The notes beneath the pieces are model-generated. The model was not told where the DNA came from. It saw only the letters and a list, made by a program, of their open reading frames with translations, and did no database searches. From Planctomycetota bacterium (GTDB lineage Bacteria > Planctomycetota > UBA1135 > UBA2386), in the NCBI GenBank assembly GCA_965223545.1, contig OZ245006.1:2688001-2752000 (forward strand): 64,000 nucleotides of DNA, in the 5' to 3' direction. Shown here piece by piece: positions 38,327-46,594 of the stretch; the first letter of the stretch is position 1, and each line of letters begins with the position of its first letter. The translations under genes and the position numbers were made by a program.

Positions 38327-38755
38327 TCAGTCGGCGAGCCGCTGCATACCGTCATCGCCGCCCAGGCGCGGCAGCCCCGGCCGCGTCGGGCACCACGGCG
38401 CCGCCCGGTCCGCGTAGACGTGCGCCTGCGGCTCGCGGTCGAGGGGGTCGGCGAGACTGGGCACGGCGACGTGCACCTCGCCCTCCCAGCGCGGCGAGCG
38501 GTAGAACAAGGTGGAGCCGCACGTGCTGCAAAAGCTGCGCGTGGCTCCCGTGTCGGTCTTGTAGTCGACCAAGCAGGAGCCGCCGCCCTCGAGCCACATC
38601 TGCTCCTCGGGCACCCCCGCCCAGGTGACCAGCGGAGCGCCGTGCGCGCGCTGGCAGTTGCGGCAGTGGCAGTGCGCGACGAATCGCGTCGGCAGCGCCA
38701 CCGAGAACTGAACCCGCCCGCAGTAGCACGCGCCGGAGATCGCGTTTGCCTGCAT
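38327..38755 (-). CDS. GFA / CENP-V family protein
   Basis: GACYCG, CHCRNCQR and RSFCSTCGS motifs. Confidence 0.9.
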   Translation of the reverse strand: MQANAISGACYCGRVQFSVALPTRFVAHCHCRNCQRAHGAPLVTWAGVPEEQMWLEGGGSCLVDYKTDTGATRSFCSTCGSTLFYRSPRWEGEVHVAVPSLADPLDREPQAHVYADRAAPWCPTRPGLPRLGGDDGMQRLAD

Positions 38756-38812
38756 GCCGACCAGGCTACCACGCCGCGCGATTCTTCTCCCAAGCGGTAT
38801 TCTGCAGCGCAC

Positions 38813-39664
38813 GTGAACTGTGCGCGATGGATCCTGCTCGGCCTGGTCTGCACGGGCTTCGCCGCCTGCAACTCCGACAAGGTGAGCTGGGAGTTCGTCT
38901 CCAGCCCCTCGGGCGGGAGTGCGGGCGGAAGTGCGGGTGGGAGCGCGGTGACCGGCGGCGCGGTGGTGCGCATCACGCAGCAGAGCGCCGGCACGTACAC
39001 CGCCTCGGCCGGCACGCTGATTGCGTCCGGCCTCCGCGGCGGCACCGCCGTCCGCGTCCACCTGGCGACGGAGTGCGACGCCGCGTGGATCGAAGCGCCA
39101 GCGCACGACGAGGTGCTGAGCCCGTCGCTGCCCGGCGGCGCGGTGCGCCTCACCGATGCCGTGGTCACCGCGCCGGGGCGCGGCGCGGCGGTGTGGGACG
39201 TGCGCCTCGCCGACGCACGGCAGGTGCACGCCAACGCGATCGGCAACGGCCGCCTGGTCGTCGCCGCGCGCGGCAACGTCGTCGCGCTCGAACACGGTGG
39301 CGGCATCGCCGTGTTCGAGATGAGCGGCGCGCAGTGGTTGCCCGCGGGCGCCAGCCTCGACCTGAGCGGCACGCACCTCGCCGTCGCCCGCGCCGGCGGC
39401 ACAGCCCAACCGCTGCCCGGCACACCAACGCCGACCGCGGCGCAGCGCCTGCGCCACAACAGCCAGCGCAACTCGGTGCGCATTCTCGGCCCGCGCGGCG
39501 AGCCCCTCGCCGAGCTGCCGGCGGCCGGAGTGCAGCTGCGCGGCGGCGCCAACGGCGCGTTCTTACTGGGCAGCTTCCCCAGCGGCACCGCCGGCAGCAC
39601 GCGGCCGTTCGCGCTGCTGGCGGCGACCGACAACCGCTACCTGTTGCAGATGGTGCAGCAATGA
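38813..39664 (+). CDS. Hypothetical lipoprotein
   Basis: GTG start, lipobox FAA|C and GGSA linker. ATGA overlap with the next gene. Confidence 0.65.
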   Translation: MNCARWILLGLVCTGFAACNSDKVSWEFVSSPSGGSAGGSAGGSAVTGGAVVRITQQSAGTYTASAGTLIASGLRGGTAVRVHLATECDAAWIEAPAHDEVLSPSLPGGAVRLTDAVVTAPGRGAAVWDVRLADARQVHANAIGNGRLVVAARGNVVALEHGGGIAVFEMSGAQWLPAGASLDLSGTHLAVARAGGTAQPLPGTPTPTAAQRLRHNSQRNSVRILGPRGEPLAELPAAGVQLRGGANGAFLLGSFPSGTAGSTRPFALLAATDNRYLLQMVQQ

Positions 39665-40494
39665 CCGAGATGGAGCCGAACGCACCCTACGTGCACGGCT
39701 ACGGCGACGCGGAGATGCAGCGCCTGACGCGCATGCAAACGCTGGTCAACGACGCCGAGCTCGCGGTGCTCGACCTGACCGGCGTCCGCACCGTCCTCGA
39801 CGTCGGCGCCGGCCTCGGCCAGATGACCCGCGCCATCGCCCACCGGCTCGGCCCCGGCAGCCGCGTCCTCGGCATCGAGCGCGACCCCCGCCAGCGCGCC
39901 GAGGCAGAGCGCCAGGCAGCGGCCGCGGGCGAAGCCGATCTCGTCGAGCTGCGCGCCGGCGATGCCACGGCTCTGCCCCTGAGCGAGGCGGAGCGCGGCA
40001 GCTTCGACCTGGCGCACGCTCGCTTCGTGCTCGAGCACGTGCCGGATCCGGAGGCTGTCGTGTGCGAGATGGTCTCGGCGGTCAAGCCGGGTGGCAGGCT
40101 GGTGCTGATGGACGACGACCACGAGCTGCTGCGCCTGTGGCCCGAACCCGCCGCGGTGCAGCACGCGTGGGAGGTGTACTGGCGCAGCTACGCGCTGCAC
40201 GGCCACGACCCGCTGGTCGGCCGGCGGCTCGGCGCGCTGCTGACCGCCGCCGGTGCGCGGGTCACGCGCGTCACGACAGTGTTCTACGGCGCGTGCCACG
40301 GCATGCCGCAGTTCGATGCGGTGGTCGACAACCTCGCCGGCGTGCTGCGCGGTGCCGCGGGCGGCCTTGCCGAGACCGGGCAGCTGGAGGCGAGCGCGAT
40401 GGACACCGCGCTGGCCGAGCTGCAGGGTTGGCGCGCCGCGAACGACGCCACTGTCTGGTACTCCCTGCCGCTGGCCGAGGGTGTCCGGCGCTGA
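39661..40494 (+). CDS. Class I SAM-dependent methyltransferase
   Basis: YVHGY...E.QRL, VLDVGAGLG, GDAT.LP, FDLAHARFVLEH and KPGG motifs. Confidence 0.9.
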   Translation: MTEMEPNAPYVHGYGDAEMQRLTRMQTLVNDAELAVLDLTGVRTVLDVGAGLGQMTRAIAHRLGPGSRVLGIERDPRQRAEAERQAAAAGEADLVELRAGDATALPLSEAERGSFDLAHARFVLEHVPDPEAVVCEMVSAVKPGGRLVLMDDDHELLRLWPEPAAVQHAWEVYWRSYALHGHDPLVGRRLGALLTAAGARVTRVTTVFYGACHGMPQFDAVVDNLAGVLRGAAGGLAETGQLEASAMDTALAELQGWRAANDATVWYSLPLAEGVRR

Positions 40495-40531
40495 CGTTCG
40501 ATGCAGTGCTACGGCAAGGCGGGGAGAGCCC

Positions 40532-41899
40532 TCACTTGGCTCCCACCACCGCGTCGATGGCATTCGACGTGACGAACCCGAGCGCAAGCGCGGGGTCCGA
40601 GGCGTAGCCCTGCAGGAACATCGACCGACCGACCAGGCTTGGGAGGTTTGCCAGGGGAAGGCTCCACTGGGTGTTGCCCCGCGCATCCGCGCGCCCTGCG
40701 AATGCGAGATCCACGGAAGCGAGCACCTGGCAGGTGCTCGGCGAGAGGGTCAACGGCAGCGTCGCCCCGAGCCATTGGGTCCGGGACACTCCGGCGGTGA
40801 GCGCGACGAATGTGCCGGGGATCGCGCCGCTCAATTGGAGCGTGGCGGGGAATCCGATCCATGGCAGAGAGGTCGCGGTCAGCGCGGGGACTCCCGACGA
40901 GCCGGGACACGGGGAGCCGTAGGGATTGGTGGTCGCCGGCGCGACGGGGCCGTAAGACCAGAGTTCCAACGCCGAGTAAGGCGTGTAAGGACCGGCCAGG
41001 AAGGTCATTGAACGCCGACGGCGGACATCGTACGCAATAGACGGTCCGAAAGGAGCATAGGCGAAAGGAACCTGCGCAGACCTCAGTCGCCAATCGGTGC
41101 CGCCCCACTCCCACGTGTCAGACGACGTTCGGGAATAGTAATAAAACCCACCAAACAATACCACTACCTCTCTGGCGGCGTCCCAAGTCATTGACGTAAT
41201 CCGAGGAGCTGGCGCATTTGATGGAACTGCCTGAATCCAGACCAAGCCATCGTATAGCCATGTGTCGCCAAGATGGCCACTCGAATGCCCCCCAAAGAGC
41301 ACAATACGTCTCCGCACCGGGTCGTAGGCCATCGCTGCGAATGCTCTTGGGCTCGGAGAAACGGGCGTGACCACTTGGATCCAGTTCACCCCGTCCCATT
41401 CCCAAGTATCGCCAAGGATCACCTGTCGCCCCGGAGATCCCGAACGCCGCATTCCACCAAACATGACGACCCGATCTCGCGCAGAATCGTAGGCCATTGC
41501 CGCCCCCTCCCGAGCAGGTCCTGAGACGGCCAACTGACGCCAAGCCACTCCATCCCACGACCAAGTATCGGCAAGCGTCATGCCTGCAGTTGCCCCTCCA
41601 AACAAAAGGATGTCTCTCGCAGAGCCTCGATAACAGTATGCCTGGTTGACTCGACGTCCAGGAGACAAAGGTGGGCTCTGCTTCATCCAGGCCGAACCCT
41701 GGAAGGTCCACGTCTGATCGGAATTCTGCCCCGCACCGTAGAGAAACAGCTGGTCGACCGCATCGTGGTAGACAAGCTGAGGCGGCCAATACGGCGAAGA
41801 CGAAGTCGGAATGACCGTCCAAGAAGTCGACTGCGCGGGAGCGACGGCACTGAGCAGACCGATCACGAGCAAACGACGACCGGCGGTGAGAGCCCTCAC
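40532..41899 (-). CDS. Kelch-like six-bladed beta-propeller secreted protein with shared C-terminal module (paralog 1)
   Basis: GTG start overlaps the stop of paralog 2. Signal peptide VAPA|Q. Repeats of AMAYD..R.R.V.FGG...DTWEWDG..W. Confidence 0.85.
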   Translation of the reverse strand: MRALTAGRRLLVIGLLSAVAPAQSTSWTVIPTSSSPYWPPQLVYHDAVDQLFLYGAGQNSDQTWTFQGSAWMKQSPPLSPGRRVNQAYCYRGSARDILLFGGATAGMTLADTWSWDGVAWRQLAVSGPAREGAAMAYDSARDRVVMFGGMRRSGSPGRQVILGDTWEWDGVNWIQVVTPVSPSPRAFAAMAYDPVRRRIVLFGGHSSGHLGDTWLYDGLVWIQAVPSNAPAPRITSMTWDAAREVVVLFGGFYYYSRTSSDTWEWGGTDWRLRSAQVPFAYAPFGPSIAYDVRRRRSMTFLAGPYTPYSALELWSYGPVAPATTNPYGSPCPGSSGVPALTATSLPWIGFPATLQLSGAIPGTFVALTAGVSRTQWLGATLPLTLSPSTCQVLASVDLAFAGRADARGNTQWSLPLANLPSLVGRSMFLQGYASDPALALGFVTSNAIDAVVGAK

Positions 41900-43271
41900 T
41901 TCGCTCCCACCACCGCGTCGATCGCGTTCGACGTGGCGAACCCGAGCGCGAGCGCGGGGTCCGAGGCGTAGCCCTGCAGGAACATCGACCGACCGACCAG
42001 GCTTGGGAGGTTTGCCAGGGGAAGGCTCCACTGGGTGTTGCCCTGCGCATCCGCGCGCCCCGCGAATGCGAGTTCCACGGAGGCGAGCACCTGGCACGTG
42101 CTCGGCAAGAGAGTCAATGGGAGAGTCGCCCCGAGCCATTGGGTCCGGGACATTCCGGCGGTGAGCGCGACGATGGTGCCGGGGATCGCGCCGCTCAACT
42201 GGAACGTGGCGGGGAATCCGATCCATGGCAGAGAGGTCGCGATCAGCGCGGGGGTTCCTGAGGGGCGAGGGCACGCGGGGCCGTAGGGACTGGTCGTCGC
42301 CGGCGAAAGGGGGCCGTAAGACCAAAGCTCCGCCGACGTGTATGGTGTGTAGGGACCGCCCAAGAAAGTCATCGTCCGCCTACGACGGCTATCGTACGCG
42401 ATCGTGGGTACGAAAGGTTCATAGAGTGGTATTTGCGCGATCTTTAGTCTCCAATCGGTGCCGTCCCACTCCCACGTGTCAGACGACTTTCGAGAATAGT
42501 CATAATACCCGCCAAACAATACCACTACCTCTCTGGCGGCGTCCCAAGTCATCGACGTAATCCGAGGGGCTGGCGCATTTGACGGAGCTGCCTGCGTCCA
42601 CGCCGACCCATCGTATAACCACGTTTCGCCAAGTGGGCGAGTCGAGTAGCCTCCAAAGAGCACGATGCGTCTCCGCACCGGATCAAAAGTCATCGCAGCA
42701 GACATCCTCGGACTTGGAGCGACCGGCGTTGCGATCTGCACCCAGTTCACGCCATTCCATTCCCATGTGTCGCCAAGCAATCCCCCGCCCCCTGACGAGC
42801 CCTGAAGACGTCGACCTCCGAATATGACGACTCGATCGCGCACAGAGTCGTAGGCCATTGCCATGTACTCCCGCGCAGGCCCCCCCACCGCCAACGGGCG
42901 CCAAGCCACCCCATTCCACGACCACGTATCCCCAAGCGTCACGCTCGCTGTGAAGCCGCCGAACAAGAGGATGTCTTTGGCGGCACTCCGGTAACAATAT
43001 GATTGACCGACCCGGCGACCAGGGGACAAAGAGGGGTTCTGATTTGTCCAGGTGGACCCCTGAAGCGTCCAGGTTTCGTCAAAATTCTGACCCGCACCGA
43101 ACATGAAGAGCCGGTCGACCGAATCGTGATACGCGAGCTGGCTCTGCCACACTGGCGAAGTTGGGGACACCAACGTCCAGGAGCTCGATTGCGCGGAAAC
43201 GGTCGAACTCAACAGGCCGACAACGAGCAAACGACGACACCAACCAAGCGAAAGTGCTTCGGGACTGGTGT
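41896..43271 (-). pseudogene. Kelch-like paralog 2, 5' end split by IS (original start 44933; first 16 codons at 44886-44933)
   Basis: Removing the IS and one target copy gives the in-frame MRWLAARAHRWGEDTSPEALSLGWCRRLLVVGLLSSTVSA|Q. The remainder of the ORF is intact. Confidence 0.82.
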
Positions 43272-44885
43272 GGGTGTGGCTCCGGCATTGAGCGGAGCAG
43301 CGTGATCGCACCCGAGATCTGGTGGTCGCAGGCTGGCTCGCCGCAAGTATTTGTGTAGAAGACACTTGTACAAGCATGCGCCCCTCCCTATCGGATACAG
43401 GATGCAACACCAGCGTCCTGGGAGGGGCGCTTCACGAGGGTACGTCCTCGTGAAGGTGCCAGTTGAGCACAAGGGGCTCGCCGAGTCGATGCAGAGCCTG
43501 GTCGACGCAACGGTGGCGGCGGCGGTGTCGAGCCGCGGCGGTCACGCGGTGGACTACGCGGACACGGAGAGGGCGATCGCCAAGCAGACCGCCGCGGTCG
43601 AGCGGGCAGCGCACGCGGAGGTGCTTCGCGCCCTCGACGTCGACGCGCCACGGATCCGGGTCCGAGGCGCTCTCTACGCCAGTTTCCGGCGCACGCCGGG
43701 CACGTACTTCACGATGGCGGGCGAGGTCAAAGTCGAGCGCACCGTCTATCGCCAAGTCGGCGTGCGCAACGGACCGATCCTCGACCCGATCAAGCTGCGA
43801 ACCGGTGCCTACGGCCGCGGTTGGCTTCCTCTCACCGCCCAGTGCATGGCGAACGACATTCAGCGCGGCCCGTCGCGCGATGCGGCGGATGCTGCCCGCC
43901 AGACAGGTCGGTTTCCCTATTCGCGGGCCAGCTTCGAGCGCGTCGCGCACCATGTCGGCGAGCACTGGCTTCGCGAACACGCGGACATCGAGGACATGCT
44001 CACGCAGGAGTTCGACGTGCCAGCGGAAGCCGTCGCCATGAGCGTGGCAGTCGACCGCGTGTCCGTGCCGATGGAAGAGGCCGCGAAGCGTCGGGCGGGC
44101 CGACCGCGCAAGGACGCGCCAAAGCGGCCCGTAGACCGGAACTTCCGGATGGCCTACTGCGCAACGATCACTTTGCACGACGCCGAAGGGGCGAGCCTGC
44201 ACACGCTCCGGTACGGGTGCATGCCGGAAAGCGACGTCGACCTGTGGTTCGCTCAGATCGCCGGCGAGGCGTACAGGCTGTTGCAGAAGAGCCCGGACCT
44301 GCGAGTGAAGCTGCTGTCCGACGGTGCCCACGAGATGTGCAACCTGCTCCACACTCACTTCCCCGCCGCGGTGTTCGGCAACGTCGAGCAAGGCATCGAC
44401 TTCTGGCACGTGGTCGAGAAGCTGGCGCCGGCCGCCGAGGTGATCTTCGGTGCAGACGGCGCCAAGTCGGAGTTGCACCGTTGGCGCGTTCGATTGCGCT
44501 GCGCGAACAGCGCAGCCGAAGAGATCCGCGCCGAACTGCGCGGTTCCGGCCTCGAGGATACTTGGCGGGACTCGAAGCGGCCCGTCCATGAGGCCATCAC
44601 CTATTTCGAAAACCACGCCGAGCGCATGCGGTTCGCCAGATCGCTGCGCCTTGGTCTGCCAATTGGCAGCGGAGCTGTCGAGGCCACCTGCAAGACACTC
44701 GTGGCCGTGCGTATGAAACGCGCCGGATCGCGCTGGAAGTCGACGACCGGCGAACACGTCCTCCGCCTGCGTGCTCTGCCGCTCAGCGACCGTTGGGATC
44801 AAGCGATGCACAAGCTCCACGAAACCCGACGTACCGCCGTGAAGGTGGCCGCATGATCGAGTTGCTCAATAGCGGATCCACACCC
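43272..44885 (+). mobile_element. Complete ISKra4-family-like insertion sequence, 1614 bp
   Basis: TIRs GGGTGTGGCTCCGGCATTGAGC (43272-43293) and the reverse complement of 44864-44885, GGGTGTGGATCCGCTATTGAGC (19/22 match). 8-bp direct repeat ACTGGTGT at 43264-43271 and 44886-44893. Confidence 0.92.
43402..44856 (+). CDS. ISKra4-family (UPF0236-like) DDE transposase
   Basis: LSDGA, IDFWHVVEKL, YFENH..RM.F and PIGSGAVEATCK.LV..RMKRAGSRW motifs. Start uncertain. Confidence 0.88.
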   Translation: MQHQRPGRGASRGYVLVKVPVEHKGLAESMQSLVDATVAAAVSSRGGHAVDYADTERAIAKQTAAVERAAHAEVLRALDVDAPRIRVRGALYASFRRTPGTYFTMAGEVKVERTVYRQVGVRNGPILDPIKLRTGAYGRGWLPLTAQCMANDIQRGPSRDAADAARQTGRFPYSRASFERVAHHVGEHWLREHADIEDMLTQEFDVPAEAVAMSVAVDRVSVPMEEAAKRRAGRPRKDAPKRPVDRNFRMAYCATITLHDAEGASLHTLRYGCMPESDVDLWFAQIAGEAYRLLQKSPDLRVKLLSDGAHEMCNLLHTHFPAAVFGNVEQGIDFWHVVEKLAPAAEVIFGADGAKSELHRWRVRLRCANSAAEEIRAELRGSGLEDTWRDSKRPVHEAITYFENHAERMRFARSLRLGLPIGSGAVEATCKTLVAVRMKRAGSRWKSTTGEHVLRLRALPLSDRWDQAMHKLHETRRTAVKVAA

Positions 44886-44933
44886 ACTGGTGTCCTCCCC
44901 CCAACGGTGGGCCCTTGCGGCAAGCCACCGCAT

Positions 44934-46313
44934 TCACTTCGCTCCCACCACCGCGTCGATCGCGTTCGACGTGACGAACCCGAGCGCGAGCGCGGGGTCC
45001 GCGGCGTAGCCCTGCAGGAACATCGAGCGCCCGACCAGGGCGGGGAGGTTCGCCAGGGGAAGGCTCCACTGGGTGTTGCCCTGCGCATCCGCGCGCCCCG
45101 CGAACGCGAGGTCCACAGACGCGAGCACTTGGCAGGCACTCGGCGAGAGAGTCAACGGCAGAGTCGCACCGAGCCACTGAGTCTGGGACACGCCCGCAGT
45201 CATCGCGACGACTGTGCCGGGCATCGCGCCGCGCAGATCGCACGTGACCGGGAAGCCGACCCAGGGCAGGGAGGTCGCGGTCAGAGCAGGGGATCCCGAC
45301 GAGCCAGAGCACGGCAACCCATAGGGAGTCGCGCTCGCTGGAGAGATGGGGCCGTACGACCAAAGTTCGCCCGGCCCCCAGGTGGGCGTGCTGGGGCCGG
45401 CCAGGAGGGCCCTCGAGCGCCGCCGGCGCCGATCGTAGCTGAGCGAGGGGAGCGCCGGAGTGTGGCCGTTGAGGCCCTGCACGGTCCTCGACTTCCAATC
45501 GGAGCCATCCCATTCCCAGGTATCAGCTACGACCTTGAAGTAGCCATAGAACCCGCCGAACAAGACAACGACCTTGCGCGCGTCGTCCCAAGTCATCGAC
45601 GTGGCCCGAGGAAACGGAGCATTCGACGGAGACGCCTGCGTCCACACCGACCCGTCATACAACCACGTGTCGCCATAGCAGCGATGCAGGTATCCCCCGA
45701 ACAGGACGATGCGCTTCCGCTCCGCGTCATAGGCCATTGCCGCGCCCAGCCTCGGACTGGGAGCCACCGGGGTCACGATCTGGACCCAGCTGACTCCGTC
45801 CCACTCCCACGTATCGCCAAGAAACCCCGGTCCCCCTGGCGACCCCGCGGTCCGCACCCCGCCGAAGACGACGATCCGATCCCGCCCGGAGTCGTAAGCC
45901 ATCGCCATGAACGATCGGGCAGGGCCACCCACCGACAACGGCCGCCACGCCAGGCCGTCCCACGACCAGGTGTCTGCGAGGGTCACGCCCGACGCGCTGC
46001 CGCCGAACAAGACGACTTCCTTCGTGGCACTCCGATAGCAAGCCCCATGCCCCACCCGCATCCCGAGGGCCAAGGGAGCACTCTGCTTGGTCCAAGTAGC
46101 CCCCCGAAAGGTCCAGGTCTCGTCCGCGTTCAAGCCCGCACCATGCATGACCAGTTGGTCGGCAAACTCATGGTACGCGAACTGGGCGGGGGAGATCGGC
46201 GGAGACGACGACGCCAACCTCGTCCAGGAGACGGATTGCGCGGGGACGACGGCACCGACCGCGCCTACGGCGAGCAAGAAACTGCGCGAGTGGTTCGAAC
46301 CTGGCGGGAGCAT
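44934..46313 (-). CDS. Kelch-like beta-propeller secreted protein with shared C-terminal module (paralog 3)
   Basis: Signal peptide VVPA|Q. Same repeats and near-identical C-terminal domain as paralogs 1 and 2. Confidence 0.85.
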   Translation of the reverse strand: MLPPGSNHSRSFLLAVGAVGAVVPAQSVSWTRLASSSPPISPAQFAYHEFADQLVMHGAGLNADETWTFRGATWTKQSAPLALGMRVGHGACYRSATKEVVLFGGSASGVTLADTWSWDGLAWRPLSVGGPARSFMAMAYDSGRDRIVVFGGVRTAGSPGGPGFLGDTWEWDGVSWVQIVTPVAPSPRLGAAMAYDAERKRIVLFGGYLHRCYGDTWLYDGSVWTQASPSNAPFPRATSMTWDDARKVVVLFGGFYGYFKVVADTWEWDGSDWKSRTVQGLNGHTPALPSLSYDRRRRRSRALLAGPSTPTWGPGELWSYGPISPASATPYGLPCSGSSGSPALTATSLPWVGFPVTCDLRGAMPGTVVAMTAGVSQTQWLGATLPLTLSPSACQVLASVDLAFAGRADAQGNTQWSLPLANLPALVGRSMFLQGYAADPALALGFVTSNAIDAVVGAK

Positions 46314-46594
46314 GCGGGGGTCACAAGAGCGGGCGAGCTCGGCCGCTTCTGCCCGCGTGCGCCACGATACAGCGAAGCGGGGCCGAGCGCTGTCGACCAT
46401 GGTCTCCCGCGTAACGCAAGCCGAGCACTCGGGTTCGATACCGTCGTCGCGTCGCCGGTCTGGCCGCCTCTCCACCGGCCGACGATGCCCGGCACCGACC
46501 CGCACCGCGGTCAGTGACGCGGCCCCGGTTCGCGACTATCCCCCGGACCGACCGTCGCTCGTCCCCCCGGTCGCCCGCGGAAAGGAGTCCCCGG

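Noticed and set aside
38921..38960. GGCGGGAGTGCG-like short tandem repeats
   Set aside because: They simply encode a GGSA linker in a lipoprotein.
43079..43288. ORF MPEPHPHQSRSTFAW as the true start of Kelch-like paralog 2 via frameshift
   Set aside because: Its ATG lies inside the IS terminal repeat. The RRLL frame is conserved with paralog 1, and the real start is recovered at 44933.
40532..46313. Kelch-like paralogs as diversity-generating retroelement targets
   Set aside because: There is no reverse transcriptase and no non-coding template repeat. Differences are not adenine-specific, and all copies are full genes.
46425..46445. GGGTTCGATACC as a tRNA T-loop
   Set aside because: The T-stem does not pair fully, and no acceptor, D or anticodon arms can be built.
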